Made by a program: the position numbers and the translations under genes. The notes under the pieces were generated by a model, which saw only the letters and a program-made list of their open reading frames with translations, did not search any database and was not told the origin of the DNA. Below, piece by piece: positions 29,196-39,557 of a DNA stretch of 64,000 bases. Origin of the DNA: an uncultured Pelagibacteraceae bacterium (GTDB lineage Bacteria > Pseudomonadota > Alphaproteobacteria > Pelagibacterales > Pelagibacteraceae); assembly GCA_902521885.1 (NCBI GenBank), contig CABYTJ010000001.1, positions 16,951-80,950 of the forward strand. Direction: 5' to 3'. Numbering within the stretch: position 1 is the first letter of the stretch; each line of letters opens with the position of its first letter.

Positions 29196-30535
29196 TTAAA
29201 TTTCCAAATTGTTTTACCATCTTTATCCTCTATTAAAACACCTTTGTCTAAAAGCTCATTTCTTATTTTGTCAGCTTCCTCATAATCTTTATTTTTCCTA
29301 GCTTTATTTCTTAACTCAATTTTATTTAATATGTCGTTTTCATTAATTGAAGCTTTATCCTTTTTATATTGTTGCCAATTTTCGTAATCTTCATTTAATA
29401 ATCCAACAAATTGACATGCAGAGACAAATAGTTTTGGATCATGACCTTTTGATGCCTTTTCATAAAGTTGGTGTAAATTGGCGATGTATCCTGGAGTATT
29501 CAGATCATCAAACAAAGGTTTTAAAATTTCGTCAGAGATTTTGGTAATTTTAAAATTATTTGAGTATACACGATACCATTTATTGAGAGTATTTTCACAT
29601 TCACTTAAAAGTTTATCATTCCAATCTAATGGTTGCTTATAATGAGCACTCATTAAAGCTAATCTAAGAACCTGACCACTTATTTTTTCTCGAAAACTTT
29701 TTATTTTTAAAATATTCCCCTGAGACTTAGCCATTTTTTCATTTGACATCGTTATAAAAGCATTATGAACCCAGTAATTTGCAAAAGTACTAGTTTCATT
29801 TGCACATCTTGATTGAGCGATTTCGTTTTCATGATGAGGAAATAATAAATCTATTCCTCCGCCATGAATATCAAACTCATTACCTAAAAACTTTTTTGAC
29901 ATAGCTGAACATTCTAAATGCCAACCAGGCCTACCTTTTCCCCATGGTGAGTTCCATGAGGGTTCATGGCTTTTTGAAGGTTTCCATAAGACAAAATCTG
30001 CAGAATTTTGTTTATTATCACTTATTTCAATCCTTGAACCAGCTATCAAATCCTCTAATTTTTTATTTGATAACTTTCCATAATCAGAAAATTTTTTAAC
30101 CTCAAAATAAACATGTTTGTTATTTTCATAAGCGAAACCCTTTTTTAATAATTCACCAATCATTTCGATCATTAAATCTATATGTTCAGTTGCTTTAGGT
30201 TGATGCGATGGGTTTTCACAATTTAGATAGGAACAATCTTCTAAAAAACTTTTTGTTATTTTTTCTGTTAATTCTTTTGTAGATATATTCTGATCTTGAG
30301 ACGATTTAATAATTTTATCATCTATGTCCGTAATATTTCTTACATATTTAACCTTCTTAAATTTATTTTTTAGTAGTCTATATAAAATATCAAATATAAC
30401 TAATGGTCTAGCATTTCCAATATGAGGATCATCATAAACAGTTGGACCACAAACATACATTCCTACTTCTTTATTATCTCGAGGAACAAACTGTTCTTTT
30501 TTATTAGTTAAATTATTTGTTAAATAAATATCCAT
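29192..30535 (-). CDS. cysS: Cysteine--tRNA ligase
   Basis: YVCGPTVY, HIGN, GRPGWHLECSAM, HGGG.DL.FPHHENE, KMAKS. Confidence 0.98.
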   Translation of the reverse strand: MDIYLTNNLTNKKEQFVPRDNKEVGMYVCGPTVYDDPHIGNARPLVIFDILYRLLKNKFKKVKYVRNITDIDDKIIKSSQDQNISTKELTEKITKSFLEDCSYLNCENPSHQPKATEHIDLMIEMIGELLKKGFAYENNKHVYFEVKKFSDYGKLSNKKLEDLIAGSRIEISDNKQNSADFVLWKPSKSHEPSWNSPWGKGRPGWHLECSAMSKKFLGNEFDIHGGGIDLLFPHHENEIAQSRCANETSTFANYWVHNAFITMSNEKMAKSQGNILKIKSFREKISGQVLRLALMSAHYKQPLDWNDKLLSECENTLNKWYRVYSNNFKITKISDEILKPLFDDLNTPGYIANLHQLYEKASKGHDPKLFVSACQFVGLLNEDYENWQQYKKDKASINENDILNKIELRNKARKNKDYEEADKIRNELLDKGVLIEDKDGKTIWKFK

Positions 30536-30586
30536 TATAGTTGATTAAGAAATATACCTTATTTTGGGATTTGTTAATCTAATTGA

Positions 30587-31324
30587 TTAACTTGGAATTT
30601 TGCATACAGGAATGGGGTCCATTTTATGCAAATTTTGTTTTCTTATCTTTTCGTATTCTGCTCTATGAGGTGAGTCGGGATTGATCATTGCCTCTTCTAA
30701 TTCATTATAATTAAATCCTAGCTGTCCTTCGTCAGTTCTTCCATCATCCCAAAGACCATCAGTTGGAGGAGCATCAATAATTTCTTTTAATATTCCTAAT
30801 TCTTTACCTAGTTCCCAAACTTCAGTTTTATTACAATCAGCAATGGGTGAAATATCTACTCCCCCATCACCATATTTCGTGTAAAAACCAACACCAAAAT
30901 CTTCAACTTTGTTACCTGTGCCTACAACGATACCCTTATTGGCAGCGGCTACTTGATAAAGAGTAGTCATTCTTAATCTTGCTCTTGAATTTGCATAACC
31001 ATGTTCATTATCAAATTTGTTAAGTGTTGTTGAAAATGTTTCAAACAAGTTGTCTAAGCTTATTGTGTGAGCTTCTACATTTTTAAAATTTTGTGTTAAC
31101 CATTTTTGATGTTTCAAACTTAAATCATGCTGATTTTCTTTTTGTTTTATTGGCATAGTTAAAACTATAGTTTTTAAACCTGTCATAGCACTCAATGTAC
31201 TCGATACAGATGAATCTATACCACCAGAAATACCTATAACTAAAGACTCTGCCTTATTTGGCATTTTATCAACATAGGTTTTTATCCAATTTGATATGTA
31301 TTTTACTTTTTCAGACGATTTCAT
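30587..31324 (-). CDS. nadE: NH3-dependent NAD+ synthetase (no glutaminase domain)
   Basis: SGGIDSS, N..ARLRM, GTGN..E...GFYTKYGDG; 245 aa. Confidence 0.95.
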   Translation of the reverse strand: MKSSEKVKYISNWIKTYVDKMPNKAESLVIGISGGIDSSVSSTLSAMTGLKTIVLTMPIKQKENQHDLSLKHQKWLTQNFKNVEAHTISLDNLFETFSTTLNKFDNEHGYANSRARLRMTTLYQVAAANKGIVVGTGNKVEDFGVGFYTKYGDGGVDISPIADCNKTEVWELGKELGILKEIIDAPPTDGLWDDGRTDEGQLGFNYNELEEAMINPDSPHRAEYEKIRKQNLHKMDPIPVCKIPS

Positions 31325-31363
31325 AGCAATATATTTAATAATTATTTTTCCTAAAACAATGGC

Positions 31364-32743
31364 TTAAGATGCCGCTTGAATGGCATTTTTAGAATAGCTG
31401 GTATTCTTTTTGATCTCATCTGAAATTAAAAAAGCTAGCTCAATAGCCTGCTCTGAGTTTAATCTTGGATCACAATGTGTATGGTATCTGCTTGATAAGT
31501 CTGCATCAGATATTTTTCTAGCTCCACCAGTACATTCTGTAACATCTTGTCCGGTCATTTCGATATGTAAACCACCTGCATACGAACCCTCTGATTGATG
31601 AACCCCAAAAACATTTTTTACTTCCTTAACAACATCATTAAAAGGTCTTGTTTTAAAACCAGTAGTAGATTTAATCGTATTTCCATGCATTGGATCACAT
31701 GACCAAACAACGTTTAATCCCTCTTTCTTAATTCCTCTAATTAGTTTTGGTAAAAACTTTTCAACATTTTGATGACCAAATCTTGAAATTAAAGTTATTT
31801 TACCTTTTTCATTTTTTGGATTTAAAACCTCACAAATTTTTGCAATTTCATCAGGTTTTGAAGTTGGTCCACACTTTATTCCTATTGGATTCTCAATTCC
31901 TTTACAAAATTCTACATGTCCACCATCTAATTGTCTAGTTCTGTCACCAACCCATACAAAATGAGCAGATGTATCGTGATATTCCCCAGTAGTAGAGTCA
32001 ACTCTGGTCATAGCTTCTTCAAATGGTAAGTGTAAAGCCTCATGTGATGTCCAAAAATTAACTGTATACATTCTGTTATTAAAATCTGATGTTATTCCAC
32101 ACGCTTCCATAAAACCTAAGGCATCAGCAATTTTATCTTCTAGTTCTTTAAATTTTTTAGCTTGAGGACTTTTTTTAATATAATCTAAATTCCACAAATG
32201 AACTTTATTTAAATCAGCAAAACCTCCTTTTGAAAATGCTCTAAGTAAATTAAGAGTAGAAGCTGACTGCGAATAAGCTTTAAATAATCTTTTTGGATCA
32301 GGTCTTCTAGCTTTTTCAGTAAAATCTATTGCATTGATATTGTCACCTAAATAACTTGGTAATTCTTTATCCCCTTGTTTTTCAGTTGGTGCACTTCTTG
32401 GTTTTGAAAACTGCCCAGCAATTCTTCCAAGTTTAACAACAGGTAAAGAAGCTGAATAAGTTAACACTAAAGACATTTGAAGTATTACTTTGAAAGTGTC
32501 TCTTATATTATCTGGATGAAATTCTGCAAAACTTTCAGCACAGTCTCCTCCTTGAAGAAGAAAAGCTTTACCATCAACCACCTTTGCTAATTGTTCTTTT
32601 AAGTGTCTAGTTTCGCCTGCAAATACCATCGGAGGAAAAGTTTTTAACTTATTCAACACATCGTTAAGTTCCTTCTCATCATCATACGTAGGTATGTGCT
32701 TAACAGGATATTTTCTCCAACTATTTACTTTCCAATTTTTCAT
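31364..32743 (-). CDS. Class II DAHP synthase
   Basis: LQGGDCAESF, GRIAGQF.KPRS, W.GDRTR, CDPMHGNT, CDPRLN. Confidence 0.96.
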   Translation of the reverse strand: MKNWKVNSWRKYPVKHIPTYDDEKELNDVLNKLKTFPPMVFAGETRHLKEQLAKVVDGKAFLLQGGDCAESFAEFHPDNIRDTFKVILQMSLVLTYSASLPVVKLGRIAGQFSKPRSAPTEKQGDKELPSYLGDNINAIDFTEKARRPDPKRLFKAYSQSASTLNLLRAFSKGGFADLNKVHLWNLDYIKKSPQAKKFKELEDKIADALGFMEACGITSDFNNRMYTVNFWTSHEALHLPFEEAMTRVDSTTGEYHDTSAHFVWVGDRTRQLDGGHVEFCKGIENPIGIKCGPTSKPDEIAKICEVLNPKNEKGKITLISRFGHQNVEKFLPKLIRGIKKEGLNVVWSCDPMHGNTIKSTTGFKTRPFNDVVKEVKNVFGVHQSEGSYAGGLHIEMTGQDVTECTGGARKISDADLSSRYHTHCDPRLNSEQAIELAFLISDEIKKNTSYSKNAIQAAS

Positions 32744-32778
32744 GTTCAACCTAAGATTGTTGTATCAGAGTTTTTTAA

Positions 32779-34599
32779 TTATTCAACGGTGACAGATTTA
32801 GCCAAATTACGAGGTTTATCAATATCAAAACCTTTTTTAAGTGCAGAATAATAAGCTAATTTCTGCAAAGGTATTGTTAAAAGGAAAGGTAAAAGATCCT
32901 CATTGGCACTTTCTACCTCTATAGTTTCCCAAATATTTTCGGATAAAACTTCATCTTTACTTTTATTTGTTATTAATAAAACTTTCGCTCCTCTTGCAAT
33001 TACCTCCTGCATGTTTGAGATTGTTTTTTTATAATAATTGTCCCTAGGAGCCAGAACTACAACTGGCATTCCCTCCTCAATTAAAGCTAAAGGACCATGT
33101 TTCATTTCTCCTGCAGGATAGCCCTCAGCATGTACATAAGATAATTCTTTTAATTTGAGCGCTCCTTCAAGTGCAATTGGAAAAGAAAAACCCCTTCCTA
33201 AAAACATTGATCCTTTTGCATCGTTAAATGTACCACATACTGTTTGTATTTTATTATCAATAGATAATGTCTTCTCAACTAATTTTGGTAAATCTTGAAG
33301 ATCTCTAATTTTTTTTGTAAATACTTTTTTTTCTATATCTTGATTTAACAGCCCTAGTTTTAAGGCCAAAATATAAAGAATTAAAATTTGACCTAAAAAA
33401 GCTTTTGTTGATGCAACCCCAATTTCAGTTCCACAATGTATTGGAAGAACAAATTCACTATCTCTAGCTATTGAACTTTCAATGACATTTACTACTGCAC
33501 AAGTCTTCATTCTATTTTTAATACATATATCTAGTGCTGCATAAGTGTCTGCTGTCTCACCAGACTGGGATACAAATACATATAAAGTATCTTTTTTGAA
33601 TCTGTTTTTTCTGTATCTAAATTCTGATGCTATATCTATATTAACATCTAAAGAGGTAAGTTCTTCGAACCAGTATTTTGCCATTAAGCAAGAATGGTAT
33701 GCTGTTCCACAACCGATTAAAGTAACAGACGATATCTCATTAATTTTCCAAGGAAAATTATGAATATTGATGTCATTATTTGATGTATCGATATATTCTT
33801 TAATTCCATTTTTAAGTGTAATTGGTTGTTCCTCTATTTCTTTTGCCATGAAATGTTTGAAATCGCCTTTGTCATATTTCTCTTCTTCTGAGGATAATTC
33901 TAAAACTTTTTTATTAATTTTTGTTCCATCTTCACTAAAAAATTCTACATGATCCTTTTTAATAATACAGAATTCTCCATCATTTAAATAAGTGATCTTA
34001 TTTGTCATCGATTTAAGTGCATATGAGTCTGAACCTAAATAATTTTCATTAGGACCGTATCCTACAGCAAGAGGAGAACCTCTTCTTGCTCCAACAATTA
34101 AGTCTGGCTCATCCTTAAATATAATTCCTAATGCGAAACTTCCATGAAGAGATTTTAAAGTTTTTTTAATTGAATCAACAATATTTTCTGTTTTTAAATT
34201 TTCTGTTATTAAATGAACTATCACCTCAGTATCAGTCTGAGATTTAAATTTATGACCTTTTCCTACTAAAAACTTTTTTAATAATGTTGAGTTTTCAATA
34301 ATTCCATTATGAACAACTGAAACATTTTGAGATGAATGAGGGTGAGCATTTATACTATTTGGTAATCCATGTGTTGCCCATCTTACATGGCCAATACCTA
34401 CAGTGCCTTCCATATTTTTTACTAAAGAACTTTTTTCAAGATTATCTACTCTTCCCTCAGATTTAATTTCATTAATTGAACCATCATAAAGTGTGGCAAT
34501 ACCAGCCGAGTCATAACCTCTGTACTCTAATTTTTTAAGAGAGTTAATGATTGTTGCTGAAACTGGTTTGCTACTATTTATGCCAATAATTCCACACAT
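32779..34599 (-). CDS. glmS: Glutamine--fructose-6-phosphate transaminase
   Basis: N-terminal MCGIIG, EYRGYDS, SQSGET, PRNLAKSVTVE. Confidence 0.99.
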   Translation of the reverse strand: MCGIIGINSSKPVSATIINSLKKLEYRGYDSAGIATLYDGSINEIKSEGRVDNLEKSSLVKNMEGTVGIGHVRWATHGLPNSINAHPHSSQNVSVVHNGIIENSTLLKKFLVGKGHKFKSQTDTEVIVHLITENLKTENIVDSIKKTLKSLHGSFALGIIFKDEPDLIVGARRGSPLAVGYGPNENYLGSDSYALKSMTNKITYLNDGEFCIIKKDHVEFFSEDGTKINKKVLELSSEEEKYDKGDFKHFMAKEIEEQPITLKNGIKEYIDTSNNDINIHNFPWKINEISSVTLIGCGTAYHSCLMAKYWFEELTSLDVNIDIASEFRYRKNRFKKDTLYVFVSQSGETADTYAALDICIKNRMKTCAVVNVIESSIARDSEFVLPIHCGTEIGVASTKAFLGQILILYILALKLGLLNQDIEKKVFTKKIRDLQDLPKLVEKTLSIDNKIQTVCGTFNDAKGSMFLGRGFSFPIALEGALKLKELSYVHAEGYPAGEMKHGPLALIEEGMPVVVLAPRDNYYKKTISNMQEVIARGAKVLLITNKSKDEVLSENIWETIEVESANEDLLPFLLTIPLQKLAYYSALKKGFDIDKPRNLAKSVTVE

Positions 34600-34601
34600 A
34601 T

Positions 34602-35225
34602 TTATTTTCTTTTTCTTTTATAATTTTTTACCTCAGTTTGTAAGCTCCTAGTGAGAGCTAAAGATTTTCTTTTTACTTTTTTAGTTATAACTGAACCAGC
34701 GCCAATAGTACTGCCTTCCTCTAAGGTTAAAGGTGCCACTAATGATGAGTTTGATCCTATAAATACATTGTCTTTAATAAATGTTTTGCTTTTTTTAATG
34801 CCATCATAATTACAAGTAATAGTACCTGCACCAACATTAACATTTTTACCAATATTTGCGTCACCTACATATGTTAAATGATTAACTTTAGAATTTTTTC
34901 CAATCTTGCTTTTTTTAATTTCAACAAAGTTTCCAACTTTTGAGCCTTTTTCTAAAATAGTATTTGGTCTAATTCTTGCATAAGGTCCTATTTCAACTTT
35001 ATCTTTAACAATGCAATTCTCTAAATGGCTAAATGATCTAATTAATACATTACTTCCAATTTTTACTTTTGGGCCAAAAACTACGTATGGTTCAATAGTT
35101 ACATTTTTCCCAATTTTTATATCTTTAGAAAAATAAATTGTTTCTGGTCCAGTCATTTTTACACCTGACTTTAAAAATTTATCTCTTAATCTATCTTGGT
35201 CTTTTTTTAAATTTATCTGTTTCAT
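34602..35225 (-). CDS. glmU: GlmU-like glucosamine-1-phosphate N-acetyltransferase, hexapeptide-repeat domain only
   Basis: GPYARIRP, VGNFVEIK, NHLTYVGD, GAGTITCNYDG; 207 aa with no N-terminal LAAG.G.RM nucleotidyltransferase domain. Confidence 0.85.
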   Translation of the reverse strand: MKQINLKKDQDRLRDKFLKSGVKMTGPETIYFSKDIKIGKNVTIEPYVVFGPKVKIGSNVLIRSFSHLENCIVKDKVEIGPYARIRPNTILEKGSKVGNFVEIKKSKIGKNSKVNHLTYVGDANIGKNVNVGAGTITCNYDGIKKSKTFIKDNVFIGSNSSLVAPLTLEEGSTIGAGSVITKKVKRKSLALTRSLQTEVKNYKRKRK

Positions 35226-35296
35226 CTAGGAAAATCTTTATATTAAGTATATATAATTCTTAATTCACAAAATATTTCTTAAAAATACTTTTGATT

Positions 35297-35980
35297 ATGA
35301 AACAAAATTTTACAATTCTTTTTGATTTAGATGGTACTTTAGTTGATACAGCACCAGATTTAATGCGAGCTCATAATCATGTGATGAAAAAATTTGGTTA
35401 CCCCACAAAATCAACCGATGAAATAAGAAACCTAGTCGGACAAGGTGCTGGTGCTATGTTAGGAAGATCAATATGGGGTCAAGCCAAAAAAGAGTTTGGA
35501 AAAGTTGAAGACGAAAAAATTAAAGAGGAAATGGTCAAAGATTTTAAGGAGTTTTATGGAAAAAACATTGTTAATGAAAGTACACTTATTAAAGGTGTAA
35601 AAGAATTTTTAATTTGGTGCAAAGCAAAAAAAATATCAATGGCTGTTTGCACTAATAAAACTGATTACTTAGCAATTGATCTTTTAAAAAAAATTGGCAT
35701 CTATGATTTTTTTGAATATGTAGCTGGTCATAATACTTTCAATTACTGCAAACCTGATCCTCGACATCTAACGTCTGTAATAGAAATTTTAGATGGAGAT
35801 ATAAAAAGATCCTTAATGATTGGTGATAGCGAAAATGATGCAAATGCAGCAAAAGAAGCTGGTATGCCAGTAATTCTATTAGAAGATGGTTATACTGAAA
35901 AAAATACTAGTGAAATATATCATAATCACCTGATAAGAGACTTTGTAGGAATTGAAAAAATTGTATTAAAATATCTTTAA
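35297..35980 (+). CDS. gph: Phosphoglycolate phosphatase-like HAD hydrolase
   Basis: FDLDGTLVDTAPDL, CTNK, KPDP, IGDS.ND; divergent from glmU as is common in Alphaproteobacteria. Confidence 0.85.
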   Translation: MKQNFTILFDLDGTLVDTAPDLMRAHNHVMKKFGYPTKSTDEIRNLVGQGAGAMLGRSIWGQAKKEFGKVEDEKIKEEMVKDFKEFYGKNIVNESTLIKGVKEFLIWCKAKKISMAVCTNKTDYLAIDLLKKIGIYDFFEYVAGHNTFNYCKPDPRHLTSVIEILDGDIKRSLMIGDSENDANAAKEAGMPVILLEDGYTEKNTSEIYHNHLIRDFVGIEKIVLKYL

Positions 35981-36034
35981 GATTGATTATTTTTTTTTAA
36001 CTATTAAAAACAATTCCGTAAATTAGGAGTTATT

Positions 36035-37537
36035 TTGATAGTACACAAAGTTAAAGTTTATCCATCTAAGATTCACCTCCCCAAAAAAAACCAGCTTGCC
36101 TGGAAAATTGCAGAGATTGCAAGTGATAACGCTAAATTAGATAAAAATGCAATTGAAATGGCAATTAATAGAATTATTGATAACGCTTCAGTTGCTATAG
36201 CATCTTTAAACAGACGACCTGTTATTTCTTCAAGAGAAATGGCGTTAAAACATTCAAGAAAAAATGGAGCTTTATTATTTGGTGTGAGCAACAAATTGAA
36301 ATTTGATTGTGAGTGGGTAGCTTGGTCTAATGGAACTGCAGTAAGAGAACTAGATTTTCATGATACTTTTTTAGCTGCAGATTACAGTCATCCTGGAGAT
36401 AACATTCCTCCATTGTTAAGTGTTGCTCAGCAAAATAAAAAAAGTGGTTTAGATCTTCTAAAAGGAATTATAACTTCATATGAAGTCCAAGTAAATTTGG
36501 TTAAGGGTATTTGTTTACATAAACATAAAGTTGACCACATAGCTCATTTGGGGCCAAGTGTTGCTGCAGGTCTTGGTACAATGTTAAGATTAAATACTGA
36601 AACAATTTATCAAGCAGTACAACAAGCATTACATACAACAGTTTCTACAAGGCAATCAAGAAAAGGTGAAATCTCAAGTTGGAAAGCTTATGCACCTGCT
36701 CATGCAGGTAAACTTGCTATTGAAGCTGTTGATAGAGTGATGAGAGGTGAAGGTGCACCAAGCCCAATCTATGAAGGTGAAGATAGTGTGATTGCTAGAA
36801 TTCTAGATGGAAAAAAAGCTTTATATAAAGTTCCTTTACCAAAAAAGGGTCAAACAAAAAAAGCAATTCTTGAAACTTATACTAAGGAGTATTCTGCTGA
36901 ATATCAGTCTCAAGCTTTGATTGACTTAGCTAAAAAACTTAAAAAGAAAGTTCAAAATTTAAATCAAATTAAAAAAATTGATATCTATACTAGTCATCAC
37001 ACCCATTACGTTATTGGAACTGGTGCAAATGATCCTCAAAAGATGGATCCTAATGCTAGCAGAGAAACGCTAGACCACTCTATAATGTACATATTTGCAG
37101 TAGCTTTAGAGGATGGTAGTTGGCACCATGTCAAATCTTATACAAAAGCTAGGGCTAAAAGAAGAAGTACTATTAAAATTTGGAGATCAATTAAAACTCA
37201 TGAAGATAAAAAATGGACGAAAAAATATCATGATCCAAATCCAAGAAAAAAAGCATTTGGTGCTAAAGTGGTTATTACCTTAAAAAATGGGAAAAAAATA
37301 ATTGAAGAGCAAGACAGAGCTGATGCTCATCCTTATGGTTCTCGACCCTTTAAAAGACAAAATTACATTAATAAATTTCTAACTTTAACTGAAAATATTT
37401 TAGATAAAAAAGAAAGTGATAGATTTTTAAAGACTGTACAAAGTTTAAAAAAACTAAAGCCTGGACAATTAGATAGATTAAATATTGAAGTCAAAAAAAG
37501 CAAACTAAAAAGAAATTTAAGGAAAGGTATTTTTTAA
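36035..37537 (+). CDS. prpD: 2-methylcitrate dehydratase (MmgE/PrpD)
   Basis: [33 protein letters not shown]; TTG start preceded by AGGAG SD. Confidence 0.93.
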   Translation: MIVHKVKVYPSKIHLPKKNQLAWKIAEIASDNAKLDKNAIEMAINRIIDNASVAIASLNRRPVISSREMALKHSRKNGALLFGVSNKLKFDCEWVAWSNGTAVRELDFHDTFLAADYSHPGDNIPPLLSVAQQNKKSGLDLLKGIITSYEVQVNLVKGICLHKHKVDHIAHLGPSVAAGLGTMLRLNTETIYQAVQQALHTTVSTRQSRKGEISSWKAYAPAHAGKLAIEAVDRVMRGEGAPSPIYEGEDSVIARILDGKKALYKVPLPKKGQTKKAILETYTKEYSAEYQSQALIDLAKKLKKKVQNLNQIKKIDIYTSHHTHYVIGTGANDPQKMDPNASRETLDHSIMYIFAVALEDGSWHHVKSYTKARAKRRSTIKIWRSIKTHEDKKWTKKYHDPNPRKKAFGAKVVITLKNGKKIIEEQDRADAHPYGSRPFKRQNYINKFLTLTENILDKKESDRFLKTVQSLKKLKPGQLDRLNIEVKKSKLKRNLRKGIF

Positions 37538-38433
37538 TGCACTTTGTTGAGAAAGAGCCAGTACAAAAAAGAGCTGACTTTAATGAAAAATTAAAATCAA
37601 ACAAAATTTTAAGAGTCCCAGGAGCTTATAATCCTTTAACAGCAAAGTTAATTGAGGAAATAGGTTATGATGCTGTTTATGTTTCAGGGGGAGTAATGGC
37701 TAATGATCTTGGATTTCCAGATATTGGCCTAACAACTTTACAAGATGTTAGTACAAGATCTTATTTAATATCAAGAGTTACAAATCTTCCTACAATCGTT
37801 GATATAGATACAGGATTTAAATCTTGTAAAGAAACTGTTGAAACATTTGAAGAGTTTGGAATTACTGCCGTACATTTAGAAGATCAGATTGAAAGGAAAA
37901 GATGTGGGCACTTAGATAATAAAGAATTAATAACTACTGAGTCCATGGTTAAAAAAATAAAAGAATGTGTTGCTTCAAGAAAAGATGAGAATTTTAAGAT
38001 TATTGCTAGATCAGATGCAAAAAGTGTTGAAGGTATTGATAAAATGATTGAAAGATGCAAAGCCTATGTAGACGCTGGAGCTGAAATAGTTTTTCCTGAG
38101 GCTTTACATGATGAAAAAGATTTTGAAAAAGTGAGAAAAGAGTTATCATGCTACTTGCTCGCGAACATGACTGAGTTTGGAAAAACTAAATTGTTCAACT
38201 ATAAAGAATTAGAAAAATTTGGTTATAATATTGTTATTTATCCAGTTACAACACAACGTTTAGCAATGAAAAATGTTGAGGACGGATTACGAGACATTTA
38301 TGCAAATGGACACCAAAACAATATTATAGATAAAATGCAAACCAGAAAAAGACTCTACGAGCTTGTTGATTATGAAAAATATAATAGTTTAGATGAAAAA
38401 ATTTATAACTTTAGTACTGAAGGACATGAGTGA
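37537..38433 (+). CDS. prpB: 2-methylisocitrate lyase
   Basis: PD.GL, VDIDTG, EDQ...KRCGH, LANMTEFGKT, MQTR..LY. Confidence 0.95.
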   Translation: MHFVEKEPVQKRADFNEKLKSNKILRVPGAYNPLTAKLIEEIGYDAVYVSGGVMANDLGFPDIGLTTLQDVSTRSYLISRVTNLPTIVDIDTGFKSCKETVETFEEFGITAVHLEDQIERKRCGHLDNKELITTESMVKKIKECVASRKDENFKIIARSDAKSVEGIDKMIERCKAYVDAGAEIVFPEALHDEKDFEKVRKELSCYLLANMTEFGKTKLFNYKELEKFGYNIVIYPVTTQRLAMKNVEDGLRDIYANGHQNNIIDKMQTRKRLYELVDYEKYNSLDEKIYNFSTEGHE

Positions 38434-39557
38434 TGAGTGATGAAATTAAAAAAGGTTTGCTTGGGATAGTAGTAGATGAAACTGAAGTTTCAAAAGTTAT
38501 GCCTGAAATTAATTCTTTAACTTATAGAGGCTATGCTGCGCAAGATTTATGTGAATATTGTAGGTTTGAAGAAGTGGCCTATTTAATTTTAAACAAAGAT
38601 TTACCAAATACAATAGAATTAAGAAAATTTGAAAAGGAAGAAAAAAACAATAGAGATTTATCTAAAGATCTTTACTCAATCATCAAAAAAATGCCAAAGA
38701 AATCTCATCCAATGGATGTTGCTAGAACAGCTGTCAGTATAATGGGACTTGAGGATAAAGAAACCACTGATTCTTCTCAAGAAGCAAACACAAGAAAAGC
38801 TATAAGAATTTTGGCAAAAACCCCAACTGCACTAGCTGCTTTTTACAGAGTAAGAAAAGGGAAAAATATTATTAAGCCTAAGAAAAATTTAACTATGGCT
38901 GAAAATTTTTTTTATATGTGTTTTGGTAAAGTTCCGCAAAAAGAAATAGTAAAAGCTTTTGATGTTTCTTTAATTCTTTATGCCGAACATAGTTTTAATG
39001 TTTCAACTTTTACAGCAAGAACTATTACAAGTAGCTTATCTGATATTCACGGGGCTATTACTGGTGCAATAGCAAGTTTAAAAGGTCCTCTTCATGGTGG
39101 AGCTAATGAAGAAGTAATGCATATGATGAATAAGATTAAGAAACCTGAAAATGCACTTAAATGGATAAATAAAGCTTTAGATAATAAAGATGTTGTAATG
39201 GGATTTGGTCATAGAGTTTATAAGTCTGGAGACTCTAGAGTTCCAACTATGAGAAAATATTTCGCAAAAGTAGCAAAAATTAAAAAGGATAAAAAATTTG
39301 AAAAAATTTATGACATTGTTGAAAAAGTAATGATTGAAAGGAAAAATATTCATCCTAATGTAGATTACCCTACCGGACCTACTTATCATTTGATGGGTTT
39401 TGATACAGATTTTTTCACACCAATTTTTGTTATTTCTAGGATTACAGGTTGGTCGGCGCATATAATGGAACAACATGCGGCAAATAAATTAATAAGACCT
39501 TTAGCAAGTTACAAAGGAAATCAACATAGAAAAGTTGTTCAGCTAAACCAAAGGTAA
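38433..39557 (+). CDS. prpC: 2-methylcitrate synthase
   Basis: LTYRGY, HPM, YAEHSFN.STF, GPLHGGANE, GFGHRVY, PNVD; ATG overlaps prpB TGA. Confidence 0.93.
   Translation: MSDEIKKGLLGIVVDETEVSKVMPEINSLTYRGYAAQDLCEYCRFEEVAYLILNKDLPNTIELRKFEKEEKNNRDLSKDLYSIIKKMPKKSHPMDVARTAVSIMGLEDKETTDSSQEANTRKAIRILAKTPTALAAFYRVRKGKNIIKPKKNLTMAENFFYMCFGKVPQKEIVKAFDVSLILYAEHSFNVSTFTARTITSSLSDIHGAITGAIASLKGPLHGGANEEVMHMMNKIKKPENALKWINKALDNKDVVMGFGHRVYKSGDSRVPTMRKYFAKVAKIKKDKKFEKIYDIVEKVMIERKNIHPNVDYPTGPTYHLMGFDTDFFTPIFVISRITGWSAHIMEQHAANKLIRPLASYKGNQHRKVVQLNQR

Noticed and set aside
34595-34605. glmS ribozyme
   Set aside because: Only 2 bp separate glmU and glmS, leaving no room
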